Below, piece after piece: positions 40,911 to 51,122 of a DNA stretch of 64,000 nucleotides. The stretch covers positions 896,001-960,000 of the forward strand of contig CBDDTI010000747.1 of NCBI GenBank assembly GCA_965233585.1. The letters are read 5' to 3'. Position numbers and translations under genes: made by a program. The notes under the pieces are model-generated. The model was not told the DNA's origin and did no database searches. It saw nothing but the letters and a program-made list of their open reading frames with translations. This DNA comes from a bacterium. Lineage in GTDB: Bacteria > SAR324 > NAC60-12. Positions within the stretch are counted from its first letter, which is position 1. Each line of letters opens with the position of its first letter.

Positions 40911-41864
40911 TTGAAGATGAAAAATTTTAATCAAATGGTGCGAGAGTTCCGCTTATCTATTGGTCAAAGTGTAGAAGGGCTTGCCTTATTGCTTGGTCTT
41001 TCTGCTGAAGACTATCAACGTCTTGAAGAAGACTGGGTTCCTCCTGATGATTTTTTACGCAAACTCTGTTCCTTATTTCAATGGAATTACCAAGAAACCC
41101 TTCAAAAAATACGTCTTTCTGGCTCGGGGACAAGTCAAAAAAAAACCTCTCCCGCCTCTGAATCAGTAGAATCTAAACCAAATACGTTTGCAGACATGTT
41201 GCGTACGTCTCGTGAAAAAGTAGGTCAACCCCCTGAAGCAATTGCTCTGCTGTTGAATATTCCCGTTGGTGAGTATTTAGAAATAGAGGCAGGAAAGACC
41301 CCTCCTGATTCATTATTGAGGCAAATTTGTTCACTTTTTAGTTGGAATTTTTTACAAGTGCAACGCAAATTGATGAGTCAAACGACATCAGTTTTTACAA
41401 ATTTACCAATCCATTCTAAATCTCAACTCAATAAAAAACCCCCTCCTGCCCTCACGTTAGAAGCGCCAGAGTCTGAGACACTTGGGCAACGTTTGACAAA
41501 AGCACGTGAGAATTTTGGGCAATCTGTGGAAGGGATTGCTTTGTTGCTGAATCTTTCACCTGATGAATATGCAGAATTAGAACAAGGCAAAATGCCTGAT
41601 ACAGAATTGCTGAAACGGATTGCCGCATTGTTCCGTTGGAACTACAACGAGCTTCAACTGCTTGTCAGAAATACCAATGCTCACCAAATGCAACCTAGTG
41701 TGACGCAACTTCAAAAATTACAAGGACCTCGCGATGGAAAGTTTCAAGCAATACTTGAGGATTTGCAAAAGTCATGGGGTTTTCTTTCTACGCAACAACA
41801 AGATATGTTGCTCACTCAATTAGAAATTTTACGTGATACAGCACAACGATTCATTGCCAAGTAG
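40911..41864 (+). CDS. Protein with three tandem XRE-like HTH domains
   Basis: Three repeats of R...GQ(S/P).E.(L/I)ALLL.(L/I)...(D/E)Y..(L/I)E....P....L..(L/I)..LF.WN(Y/F). Confidence 0.75.
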   Translation: MKMKNFNQMVREFRLSIGQSVEGLALLLGLSAEDYQRLEEDWVPPDDFLRKLCSLFQWNYQETLQKIRLSGSGTSQKKTSPASESVESKPNTFADMLRTSREKVGQPPEAIALLLNIPVGEYLEIEAGKTPPDSLLRQICSLFSWNFLQVQRKLMSQTTSVFTNLPIHSKSQLNKKPPPALTLEAPESETLGQRLTKARENFGQSVEGIALLLNLSPDEYAELEQGKMPDTELLKRIAALFRWNYNELQLLVRNTNAHQMQPSVTQLQKLQGPRDGKFQAILEDLQKSWGFLSTQQQDMLLTQLEILRDTAQRFIAK

Positions 41865-41868
41865 GGAA

Positions 41869-42411
41869 TTATTTTTGTTGGGTAGCTTGAGTGGCGATGC
41901 CTTGTTGTTGAGGATTGGGAAGAGCTTGTTGAGGCGTGATGCCTTGCTTTGTTGCTTGGGTTTGCATCAGGTTTTGATAATTTTGGTAGGCTTCATGGGC
42001 GTCTGTGTCTTCCCCCAGTTGATAATGAGCTAATGCAAGATTGTAATACGTTTCAGGAGCTTTTTTGGCAAATTGCAATGAACGTTTGAATGCTGTTTTT
42101 GCTTCCACATAGAGTTCTGCATGGTAGTAGGCTAACCCTAAGTTGTAATGAAATTCTGCAGAACTGGGGTCAATTTGAACGGCTTTTCTGTAATTGACAA
42201 CGGCATCGTGATAAATTCCACGACTTAATGCCTCGTTGCCTTTTTTAAAGTATTTGAGTGCAGAATTGTAAATTCGCAGTCTGTCTTGCAAGGTTGGAGA
42301 ACAATTTGCAAGGAACGTTACAAATAAGAGCAAAGTCAAAAAAGGCTTGGATTTTTGAAAAAACATCATTTTTATTTTTTGTTGGAGTGGTCTATGCGTT
42401 TGTTGATGCAC
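41869..42411 (-). CDS. TPR-repeat lipoprotein
   Basis: LANC lipobox; YRKAVQIDP..AEFHYNLGLAYY; YYNLALAHY. Confidence 0.85.
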   Translation of the reverse strand: MHQQTHRPLQQKIKMMFFQKSKPFLTLLLFVTFLANCSPTLQDRLRIYNSALKYFKKGNEALSRGIYHDAVVNYRKAVQIDPSSAEFHYNLGLAYYHAELYVEAKTAFKRSLQFAKKAPETYYNLALAHYQLGEDTDAHEAYQNYQNLMQTQATKQGITPQQALPNPQQQGIATQATQQK

Positions 42412-42807
42412 AATCTGTTCATTTTAAGCAGGAATTTGAAATTATTTTTCAAGAGTGCCTTGCTGTGCCTTGTGATGACGTTTTCAAGCTATCTTGCTTT
42501 TGGTCAGGAACAAGCAGAATTGCTAAAAGAAATGCAACGTTATCTTGATGTTGCAAGAGAAGCAGGGTTTACAGAAGAAGAACTAAAGGGGGTGACGATT
42601 GAACGAAATGGTGAAGTCATCAATGTCTGGCAATATATTCAAAATGAATTAGAGAGGCAAAAACGTCTTGAACAAGAACAAAATCAAGCTAGCAATAAGT
42701 TATACCTCAATGCTGATGATGTTCGTGAAGATTTACGAGACCAACAACCTTCACAAATTCGCAAACTTCGTCAAAAACTGATTTTAACAGGCAAGCAAGA
42801 AAAGTGA
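42355..42807 (+). CDS. Secreted hypothetical protein (true start probably further downstream)
   Basis: Signal-like segment ending LAFG; stop overlaps the next start (GTGA). Confidence 0.6.
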   Translation: MKKHHFYFLLEWSMRLLMHNLFILSRNLKLFFKSALLCLVMTFSSYLAFGQEQAELLKEMQRYLDVAREAGFTEEELKGVTIERNGEVINVWQYIQNELERQKRLEQEQNQASNKLYLNADDVREDLRDQQPSQIRKLRQKLILTGKQEK

Positions 42808-43499
42808 GCAAATTACTTTATTTAGGGGGGGCAAAAGGAGTTGGCAAAACCTTCACTATTCTAGGGTTGCTTGAGTTAGCTCACAAGTCATTTGTCGCAT
42901 TCAAGGCGATTCAAACGGGGGCAGTTTTAATGAATGCCAAAGACCAACAGACAGAAAGCGAGTTGTATGCCGTTTCATCGCCATTTCATCAAACTTGTTT
43001 GAATCCTTACCAGTTTAACGAAGCACTTTCGCCTGTTTTTGCAGGGTTGCGTGATGGAATTTGTCCAAAACTACAAGTCATCACAACGCAACTTCAGCAC
43101 CTTCAATCCCAATTTAAAACAGTCCTGATTGAAAGTTCTGCGGCTTTATGTTCTCCATTGACACAAGACATCACAGAATTAGAATGGCTGAAAACATTGG
43201 AGGCAAGAATCATTTGGGTTTGTGGGATAGGAGAACATTGGTTGAATGGCGCTTTGATGGAATTGCATATTCTGGAAAAGGAAGGCTTGATGCCCAGTTT
43301 AATCATCTTGACTAACCCAAACAAAACACATGATGCCAATCTCATTCATTACTGTTGGCAAACATTACAGGAACGAATAGACTCCCCCATTTTAGGCGTG
43401 ATTCGTCACATTTCATCAGGATTGAAAAACCCCAAAGCCGTTGCAACCCTTCTCAATGAGCAAATCTCTAATGACTTGAAAAAGCATTTGTTTTTTTGA
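42804..43499 (+). CDS. Dethiobiotin synthase-like P-loop protein (divergent)
   Basis: GGAKGVGKT, FKAIQTG, NPYQFNEALSP..A; the canonical EGAGG is replaced by ESSAA. Confidence 0.65.
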   Translation: MSKLLYLGGAKGVGKTFTILGLLELAHKSFVAFKAIQTGAVLMNAKDQQTESELYAVSSPFHQTCLNPYQFNEALSPVFAGLRDGICPKLQVITTQLQHLQSQFKTVLIESSAALCSPLTQDITELEWLKTLEARIIWVCGIGEHWLNGALMELHILEKEGLMPSLIILTNPNKTHDANLIHYCWQTLQERIDSPILGVIRHISSGLKNPKAVATLLNEQISNDLKKHLFF

Positions 43500-43585
43500 G
43501 AACATCGTTAAATGATCAGTGAGAGTTGATTATTTCGCTTGCTTTGACGAGCAATGGCACAGGTAAGGACTACCCCGTCAGGCGG

Positions 43586-44357
43586 GGCAGTGTTTAGTTG
43601 GTATTGTCATTGCATGTGAGAGTGAATTTGAGGAATGGAAATGAGAAGTTGTCATCATTGTGGGAGTCAGACTTATATCAAGAATGGAAGTTACAAAGGG
43701 GTTCAGAGGTATCGTTGCAAGTCATGTCAGAGAGCATTCACCTCAAATGGTTTGAGAATCCCACTAGAGACCAAGCGTCAAGCCTTAGAGATGTATGTCA
43801 ATAGTGTAGGCATCAGAAAGATCGCTCGTTTTTTGCAGGTGTCTCCCGCTTCAATTGTCAACTGGATCAAAAAAGCTAGAGTGTCTCAACTTCCAAAAGA
43901 CGCACCAAGTTTCCATGCACAAGTAGATAGTATAGAGATGGATGAGATCTACACTTTTGTTCAAAAAAAAGCCAAAGAGTAGCTGTTTGGACAGCCTATT
44001 CTCGTCAAGAACAATGTGTGATTGCCTTTGTGATAGGCAAAGGATTAGTAGCTGTGCGAAAGCTGTATGCACTAGTCAAAGAACAGCGACCTAGAATGAA
44101 GACGATCTATACCGATGCCAACTCATGCTATCAAGTGGCATTTGCTCAATGACAAATTCCAGAGAACCACGAAATAGGCAAAAAAAGACTCATCTCATTG
44201 AATCTTCTAATTCTTCCATCAGAGATAACCTAGCTCGCTTGATGAGAAAATCTAAACGACATTCCAAAACTTTGGACATGCTGGAACTCTCTCTCAAACT
44301 CTTCTTTGACTATAAAAGACTTGAAAAATATCATGCCAACAACAAGTGAACACTGCC
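43586..44357 (+). mobile_element. IS1-family element type b, copy 2 (degenerate)
   Basis: IRs GGCAGTGTT...AACACTGCC; InsA 43635-43982; A8 slippery site; InsB has a TGA stop and a 1-bp frameshift. Confidence 0.85.
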
Positions 44358-44359
44358 GT

Positions 44360-44715
44360 TTTCACAAGGGTGACGTTCTTTCGCTCCGAATGACAAGGAG
44401 ACGCACGCAATGACCAAACCAAGCATGGATTCCTGCCTTCGCAGGAATGACAAGGAGACGCACGAAAGTCACAACGTAGGGACAAACCCAAGTGTTTGTC
44501 CTGTATTTGAAGAAGAATGAGATTGCGGGTCAGGTCCCCAATGACGAATGGTCAAGGTGAGCAATGACAAGGAGACGATGGAATAACGAAAAGACACGCC
44601 TGCAAAATTCCTCTGTCATTCCGCACTTGACACGGAATCTAAAAAAACAAGGGTGAGAGCAGAACGAGAAAGAAAACAAAAGAAAAAAACAGATTGTGTG
44701 GCAAGGTGAGCAATG
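44360..44715. repeat. REP/dRS3-like palindrome cluster downstream of nuclease copy C
   Basis: ggattcctgccttcgcaggaatgac, GTAG REP at 44476, gagattgcgggtcaggtccccaatgac, gtcattccgcacttgacacggaatc. Confidence 0.85.
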
Positions 44716-44719
44716 AAAA

Positions 44720-45406
44720 TCAAGGTTCAATGATTTTGATTTGGTCTGCTTCAGGTTGCAGGAGGTAAACTCCTTTGGCTTTGGCATGAGAGATGAGATG
44801 TTCTGGAATGCTTTGGCAGGCAAGTCCCAGATGAATTTGAAAATCTTGATACTGAGGAAAAACAACAGGGAAAGTTTCTTTGTGCCTGAACACTTGGTCA
44901 AAGTCATCAAGACGTAGTTTGTGCTTCACTTCTACAATGAAGATGTGAGAACGATTATAAAAAACAACGTCATACTGCCCAACTACTTTCTCAAATCTTC
45001 CCTTCACATTTTTATCTACAGAATCATAAGCAACCCCACCAATCATGATAAATCCTTTTTCTTCTATCTCTCTTTGACCAGTACGATAGTAAGCGTCTTC
45101 CTGTATGTCGCTTTCTACCGTGATGTAACTTTCCAGCTTCTTGTTGCTTTCTTTTCTCAATCGTCTTTCTTCCTTCATTTCTTTTTCCCAAGCGGCATCG
45201 CGTTCTTGCATCTGCTTCTCCCAAGCGGCATTGCGTTCTACTCTTTCTTTCTCCCAAGCGGCATTGCGTTCTACTCTTTCTTTTTCCCATCTAGCACTGG
45301 ACTCTTGCTGTTGTTTTGCAAATTCTTCTTGTTGTTTTGCAAATTCTTCTTGCCTTTGTGTAATTCTATCTAAAGTTGCCCAAATCTCGTCAAATCTTTC
45401 ACTCAT
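44720..45406 (-). CDS. Coiled-coil + PD-(D/E)XK nuclease-domain protein (DUF3782-like), copy C
   Basis: Near-identical to copies A/B, with a different number of WEK repeat units. Confidence 0.75.
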   Translation of the reverse strand: MSERFDEIWATLDRITQRQEEFAKQQEEFAKQQQESSARWEKERVERNAAWEKERVERNAAWEKQMQERDAAWEKEMKEERRLRKESNKKLESYITVESDIQEDAYYRTGQREIEEKGFIMIGGVAYDSVDKNVKGRFEKVVGQYDVVFYNRSHIFIVEVKHKLRLDDFDQVFRHKETFPVVFPQYQDFQIHLGLACQSIPEHLISHAKAKGVYLLQPEADQIKIIEP

Positions 45407-45509
45407 CTTCGTCTCCTTAAATTCAAAATCTACAAGATAAAATATCTAGTCTAGCAGATTTTTGAGAAAAAGAGTGAGAAAGAAAACAAAAGAAGAGTGA
45501 AAAAAAACA

Positions 45510-46157
45510 GATTGCGGGTCAAGCACGTGATGACAAGGAGACGCCCGCAAGTCACAACGTAGGGACAAACCCAAGTGTTTGTCCTGTGTTTGAAGAAGAA
45601 TGAGATTGCGGGTCAGGTCCCCCAATGACGGAAAAACAAGCCAGCAGGTGATGGTGTAGGGACAAACCCAAGTGTTTGTCCTGCGTTTGAAGAAGAATGA
45701 GATTGCGGGTCAGGTCCCCCAGACGAATGGTCAAGGTCAGCAATGACGAGAACACGCACGCAAGTCACAACGTAGGGACAAACCCAAGTGTTTGTCCTGT
45801 GTTTGAAGAAGAATGAGATTGCGGGTCAGGTCCCCCAGACGAATGGTCAAGGTCAGCAATGACAAGAACACGCACGCAAGTCACAACGTAGGGACAAACC
45901 CAAGTGTTTGTCCTGTGTTTGAAGAAGAATGAGATTGCGGGTCAGGTCCCCCAATGACGGAAAAACAAGCCAGCAGGTGATGGTGTAGGGACAAACCCAA
46001 GTGTTTGTCCTGTGTTTTAAGAAAAAAAGAAGAGATTGCGGGTCAAGCACGTGATGACAAGAACACGCACGCAAGTCAAAACGTAGGGACAAACCCAAGT
46101 GTTTGTCCTGTGTTTTAAGAAAAAAAGAAGAGATTGCGGGTCAGGTCCCCAATGACG
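45510..46157 (+). repeat. Tandem BIME-like array: six GTAG-REP units alternating with gagattgcgggtca palindromes
   Basis: GTAGGGACAAACCCAAGTGTTTGTCCTG at 45559, 45656, 45772, 45888, 45985, 46083 (periods 97, 116, 116, 97, 98). Confidence 0.92.
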
Positions 46158-46276
46158 AAAAGCAAACTACAATGAGGAAAGGAAACCACCCCGTCAGGCG
46201 TTGCCTGCCAGCAACAAGCCTCTGGTTTGTTGACCTTCACAGAAGGGGAATTGAAACGTCCAACCTAAAAAAACAA

Positions 46277-49200
46277 CTACGAACGGTCAGGAATTTCCAC
46301 ACCGCACAGGTAGTAAAAGAATGTATGAGGTTGGTAGCTTCTGTCAAAAGTAGTTTCTGTGCCACTTACAATGTTTCTAACCTTGGTTCTTGATCCGACA
46401 TTGTCAACCAAATAATGATAGGTACTGGGACCAGAAGCTAATATATCTTTAGCCAGTGTTCTGCCTCCACCAGAGGTGGTTTCAGGCATGAAGTTGTCAG
46501 AATTGACATTTTGGAAATCAAACATGGTTTTGCAAGCGTTGGCATCATAAGCTGGTACGTTAGATCCTTCGTTGCGATAGAACCAGAGTTTGCCGTCTTT
46601 GTCCAGATGGAAGTCATCACCTTTGAGCTTGGCGAATCCTCCAACATCAAACTCTTTGATGGCATTGGTAGAGTCATGGGTTTCGTTGTTGGTGGTGAAT
46701 GACAGGACGTTGCCAGCGACGTCTTTGAGCGGTTTCGCACCGATGCTGGTCATCATTCCGATTTGATAAGTGACGTTGAGCTTCCAAGTTTCTTTGGGAA
46801 TGACAACATGATTCCTACCACCTTTTTTGACAAAGACAGCATCGCAGTTGACAAAGCCATCAGCAGAGACCAGCAAGGTGTTTGCCCTTGTAGAGCAAGC
46901 ACCTCTGGTGCTTTGAGAAAACAATGTGTGACTGGTGTCTAACTTCAAAACAGAACGTCCGTAGGCTTTGCCTGCTGAATCTTGCATCTTGGACACAACA
47001 CTTGCGTTAGCAGAAACCCAGACATCGTTTTTATTGCCTCCATCAATTCCTCCGATGACCCACATTTTATTGTTGAAAATTAACGTTTGATGAGAATGGC
47101 GAGCCGACCAGCCTACTGAAACAGTACTTTGAGTCCAATTCACGCCATCGCTAGAAGACCAGACATCGTTTTTGCGACCGCCAGCATCTCCACCTAGCAC
47201 CCACATTTTGCCATTGAACTCCACACTTCTATGACTATTACGACCCGACCAGCCTGCTGAATCAGTGGACCTTGTCCAATTCACACCATCGCTAGAAGAC
47301 CAGACATCGTTTTTATTGCTTCCATCAGAGCCACCTAGCACCCAGATTTTTTTATTGAACACCACACTGCTATGCCCGTAACGTGCTGACCAGCCTGCTG
47401 AATCAGTCGCTTTTGTCCAAGTGCCTCCATCGCTAGAAGACCAGACATCGTTTTTGCGACCGCCATCATAGCCACCTAGCACCCACATTTTATTGTTGAA
47501 CACCACGCTATTATGTCCCTGGCGAGCCGACCAGCCTGCTGAATTTGTGGCTCTTGTCCAAGTGCTGCCATCAGCAGAAGACCAGACATCGTTTTTATTG
47601 CTTCCATCAGAGCCACCTAGCACCCACATTTTATTGTTGAACACCACACTGCTATGAAAACCGCGAGCAAGCCATCTTGCTGAATTTGTGGCTCTTGTCC
47701 AAGTGCTGCCATCAGCAGAAGACCAGACATCGTTTTTACTGCTTCCATCATAGCCACCTAGCACCCACATTTTGCCATTGAACACCACACTGCTATGCCC
47801 GTAACGTGCTGACCAGCCTGCTGAGTTTGTGAGTTTTGTCCAGCTTATATCAATCTTGACAAGAGAACTTGCGGCAGACAAGGCAGAACAACCTGCGATA
47901 TTGCAACCCTTCACTCTGTAATAGTAGGAGTCTGCTGGTAGGTCATGCTGTCCATAAGTCGTGGCGGTTGTTGTTGTAGTGGCAACTTGAAAAGCAGAGG
48001 CTGTTGTTGTAGTGGCTTGATACAATTCGTAACTGGTAGCACCTGCCAATGCAGTCCATTCTACTTTGACAGAATCAATGGCTTCTTTGTTGGCATTGGT
48101 GATGGTAGGCGCTGCTGGCAAGGGTTGCAGTTGCACAGAGGCGACTGCTGGAATAGACTCAGCATCTGCAGTGGTGGCAACGACTTCGTAGCCATAGATC
48201 TTGCCTGCTGTTAAGCCTGAATCTGTCCAGTGAGTTGTGTTGGCATCGTTGATTGTTTGAACAACCTCCCAGCTTGCACCTGACTTTTGACGAGAGATTT
48301 GGTAACCCGTGATGCTCGCTAGTCCACTGGGTTTCTGCCAGCTGACCTTGATTTTTGTTTGTGAACCAGACACTTGAACAGCAGAAGCCACAGGTGCTAG
48401 ATTGATCCCTGCTTTGATGACTTGTGAGCTTTGAGAACAATTTTGACTACTAGCATTGCAGACTTCAATCTTGTAAGAATAAGAGCTTGTAGTCCCCAAT
48501 CCGTCATCTTGCCAAGGAGCTGTTTTGTTGGAGAAGCGATTCCATTGAGAGCTTGAATCTTGTTTGCGATGAATGTTGTATTGCCTGTTTGGCAAGGATT
48601 GCCAATTCAATAACACTTCTGTCAAAGACAGCATGCTTGCGTCAAGTTGTGGGGGTCTCAAAGAAGGTTCTACCTCACAGGCGTTCCCTATCTTCTGAAA
48701 GACCGCACCCGTCATGTTCTGGTATTTGACACCTGCCAGAGCATCGCAACCTGTCGCAGTCTGGTAGCTGTAACTTCCATTGTTTTTAAGAGAAAAATGT
48801 TGCTGATTGTTGACTTGTTTGATTTCTGACAAGTTGACCTGCAAGCTCATAGTGGAGGCAGGCAGTGACATTTGAGAAGTTTCAAAAGACAGCTGGTTGC
48901 TTTGGCTTATTCCAAATGGAGTCGGGGCTTGGTCTGCCACTTCACGGACTCCCAAAAAGTAACCATTCCCCCAATCCCATTCTTGCTTGGGTAAGATTAG
49001 ATAGCCTTCAGCTGACTTGATGAGTTGAATCGCTTCACAAGTGCTGAAGTTGTCTTCAGAGACAAGCAACATTCCTTTTTGTTTGGAACACGCATGGCTG
49101 GCATCATACGGGGTTTGAGTCGCAACCAATGGCGTTTGAGTTTTCAAAAGCAAAGGACTAAGGGTGAAAGTCTTTTTGTCGCTGTCTTGAAGAGTTTGAA

Positions 49201-49987
49201 GTGTTGCAATCAAGAAGGGGTCGCAGTTGACTTGAAACTCTTGCATGGGCAGTTTTTCGCTTGTCTCTGGGTCTGCCGTTTTGACTTTCAAACTCACTTT
49301 GAGCTTTTTAACCTTGTCAGCATAGTCCATCAAGTCAAATTGCATGGCAGACTGACTCATTTCTCCTAGCATTGTTCCGTTGCCGTCATAGATTTGAAGG
49401 TCTGCCACATAGCCTCTGCTGCCGATGTTTGCAGTCTGTTCGCCAGACATAGACAGCTGAAAAGCACAACTTGACCCTGTGCTTCTTTGATGAGCAAGCT
49501 GTCCTGTGATAGGAAAATGCTTGCCTGCTGGTCTGATTTTGACCTTGACTTCTGTCACGCCTGATTCTCTAAACTGAAAACTCCCAGAAATCCCAGTTTG
49601 ATGCACTCCGTAACGCACGGATTCTGTGGCAGTGACGTCTTCTTCTTCATAACCTCTGACTTGAACAATCCAGTCCCCGCTGGTGTCTTCAAAGTCTAAT
49701 TTGGTGAAGTAATCATCATCAAGTCTGAGCACGCTCTTTGCCCTGTCAAATTCTTCTTTGAGAGGAAGCCCTGCTTGGTAGTCTTCTGCCTTAAAAAGCA
49801 GTGCATAGTTTGACCGAATCGTTGCCTTGTCCCACTTGGAAGAAGACGCACTTGAGTCTGAACCAATGGACAACTGAACACTTTCCTTGCCTCCTTCTGA
49901 ATTACAAGAAGACAACACCATCACACTTAACAACACACCGCCAACCAACTGCAAACGACTTTTGCATTCTTTAAAAAATTTCATCAA
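46277..49987 (-). CDS. Giant surface lipoprotein: lipobox, Fn3 domains, 6 Kelch-like repeats (141-bp period), variable C-terminal domain (paralog 2)
   Basis: N-terminal ~310 aa near-identical to 5569..9897; WSARYGHSSVVFNGKMWVLGG repeats; ends FFYYLCGVEIPDRS. Confidence 0.85.
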   Translation of the reverse strand: MMKFFKECKSRLQLVGGVLLSVMVLSSCNSEGGKESVQLSIGSDSSASSSKWDKATIRSNYALLFKAEDYQAGLPLKEEFDRAKSVLRLDDDYFTKLDFEDTSGDWIVQVRGYEEEDVTATESVRYGVHQTGISGSFQFRESGVTEVKVKIRPAGKHFPITGQLAHQRSTGSSCAFQLSMSGEQTANIGSRGYVADLQIYDGNGTMLGEMSQSAMQFDLMDYADKVKKLKVSLKVKTADPETSEKLPMQEFQVNCDPFLIATLQTLQDSDKKTFTLSPLLLKTQTPLVATQTPYDASHACSKQKGMLLVSEDNFSTCEAIQLIKSAEGYLILPKQEWDWGNGYFLGVREVADQAPTPFGISQSNQLSFETSQMSLPASTMSLQVNLSEIKQVNNQQHFSLKNNGSYSYQTATGCDALAGVKYQNMTGAVFQKIGNACEVEPSLRPPQLDASMLSLTEVLLNWQSLPNRQYNIHRKQDSSSQWNRFSNKTAPWQDDGLGTTSSYSYKIEVCNASSQNCSQSSQVIKAGINLAPVASAVQVSGSQTKIKVSWQKPSGLASITGYQISRQKSGASWEVVQTINDANTTHWTDSGLTAGKIYGYEVVATTADAESIPAVASVQLQPLPAAPTITNANKEAIDSVKVEWTALAGATSYELYQATTTTASAFQVATTTTTATTYGQHDLPADSYYYRVKGCNIAGCSALSAASSLVKIDISWTKLTNSAGWSARYGHSSVVFNGKMWVLGGYDGSSKNDVWSSADGSTWTRATNSARWLARGFHSSVVFNNKMWVLGGSDGSNKNDVWSSADGSTWTRATNSAGWSARQGHNSVVFNNKMWVLGGYDGGRKNDVWSSSDGGTWTKATDSAGWSARYGHSSVVFNKKIWVLGGSDGSNKNDVWSSSDGVNWTRSTDSAGWSGRNSHRSVEFNGKMWVLGGDAGGRKNDVWSSSDGVNWTQSTVSVGWSARHSHQTLIFNNKMWVIGGIDGGNKNDVWVSANASVVSKMQDSAGKAYGRSVLKLDTSHTLFSQSTRGACSTRANTLLVSADGFVNCDAVFVKKGGRNHVVIPKETWKLNVTYQIGMMTSIGAKPLKDVAGNVLSFTTNNETHDSTNAIKEFDVGGFAKLKGDDFHLDKDGKLWFYRNEGSNVPAYDANACKTMFDFQNVNSDNFMPETTSGGGRTLAKDILASGPSTYHYLVDNVGSRTKVRNIVSGTETTFDRSYQPHTFFYYLCGVEIPDRS

Positions 49988-50049
49988 AACCTCCTGCTCA
50001 ATCTAAAACACGAAAAAAGACAATTTATGACTCAATGAAAACAAAGGAA

Positions 50050-50078
50050 ATGATACATGAAAAATAAGGGTTGTGCAA
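50050..50078 (-). promoter_or_regulatory. Sigma70-like promoter of lipoprotein gene 2
   Basis: TTGCAC-N17-TATCAT on the minus strand, homologous to 5478-5506. Confidence 0.6.
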
Positions 50079-50244
50079 AGGAATTTTTAAGATGATGGTT
50101 TTTAATTTGCAGAAAGAAGAATTTGCATGGCTTCATTTTAGCTTGACTTTTGCTTCAATGAAGCAAAGAATTTGCGTGGTTTCATTGATCCAAATTTTGC
50201 ATTTCAATTTGGCTTAACTAACTCAATCTAGGTTTGTACATGCA

Positions 50245-50874
50245 ATGACTTTTAGGAAGGGCTGTTTTTTATCATTTGAAGGCATAGATGGCTGTGGCAA
50301 GACGACACAAGCCAAAAAGTTTTTTAAATGGCTTCAAGACCATCATCAACCTGCTGTTTATACAAGAGAACCCGGCGGGACGGAATTTGGTCAAAAAATT
50401 CGGGAATTGTTGTTGAGTCAACAAATGGATTTTCACAGTGAACTACTGCTTTTTTTGGCAGACCGCAGAGAGCATTTGCAACAGGTCATCTTGCCAGCTG
50501 TTCGGTCTGGCAAAGTGGTCATTTGTGATCGTTTCCATGATTCTACCATTGCCTATCAGAAGTATGGCAGGGGTCTTAATTTTGACTCCATTTGTCCATT
50601 TGTCAAGGAGTGGCTAACCCAGCCCGATAGTACATTCTTTTTGGACGTCTCCTTTGAAAAAGCCAAAGAACGTCAGCAGTGGCGTCCCGAGCAAGCCAAT
50701 CGTCTTGATGATGAATCACAGGCTTTTTTTGAACGTGTGATTGCAGGATACAGGCGACTGGCATCTCAAGAACCTCAACGCATTCACACTATCAATGCTA
50801 ATGCTTCCCAAGACGAAACCTTTCAACAAATTTTAAACAAATCAAGATTTTTGGGTGTTTCAGAAGCAATCTAG
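50245..50874 (+). CDS. tmk: Thymidylate kinase
   Basis: FEGIDGCGKTTQ, TREPGGT, LFLADR, VICDRF..ST.AYQ. Confidence 0.96.
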   Translation: MTFRKGCFLSFEGIDGCGKTTQAKKFFKWLQDHHQPAVYTREPGGTEFGQKIRELLLSQQMDFHSELLLFLADRREHLQQVILPAVRSGKVVICDRFHDSTIAYQKYGRGLNFDSICPFVKEWLTQPDSTFFLDVSFEKAKERQQWRPEQANRLDDESQAFFERVIAGYRRLASQEPQRIHTINANASQDETFQQILNKSRFLGVSEAI

Positions 50875-51122
50875 CAAACCAATATCTTACCAACCCATCT
50901 AAAAAGACCTTTCAATTTTTTAAAAGAATCCGAAAGATTCCAGTTCTTGCTTATTTGATTTGGGCAAGATGTTGATTTTTTATTTTGTATTAAAATTAAA
51001 ATTTTATTGATAATAAAAGATAATTTTTTGAGATTTAGAGAGACACTTTCTTGACATTTTTGTTGGATTCATAATATCCTTATCAGTCTTTTTCGTATGT
51101 CTCTGCAACCAAAAGGAGTGTC

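Noticed and set aside
45510..46157. CRISPR array
   Set aside because: The intervening sequences are reused rather than unique, periods are irregular (97-116 bp), the same unit occurs singly elsewhere as a REP, and no cas genes are present.
5470..50100. Dedicated site-specific invertible (shufflon-like) system between the inverted lipoprotein genes
   Set aside because: No recombinase or invertase gene is visible, and the inverted orientation is more simply explained by the IS1-bounded inversion. Homologous recombination between them remains possible.
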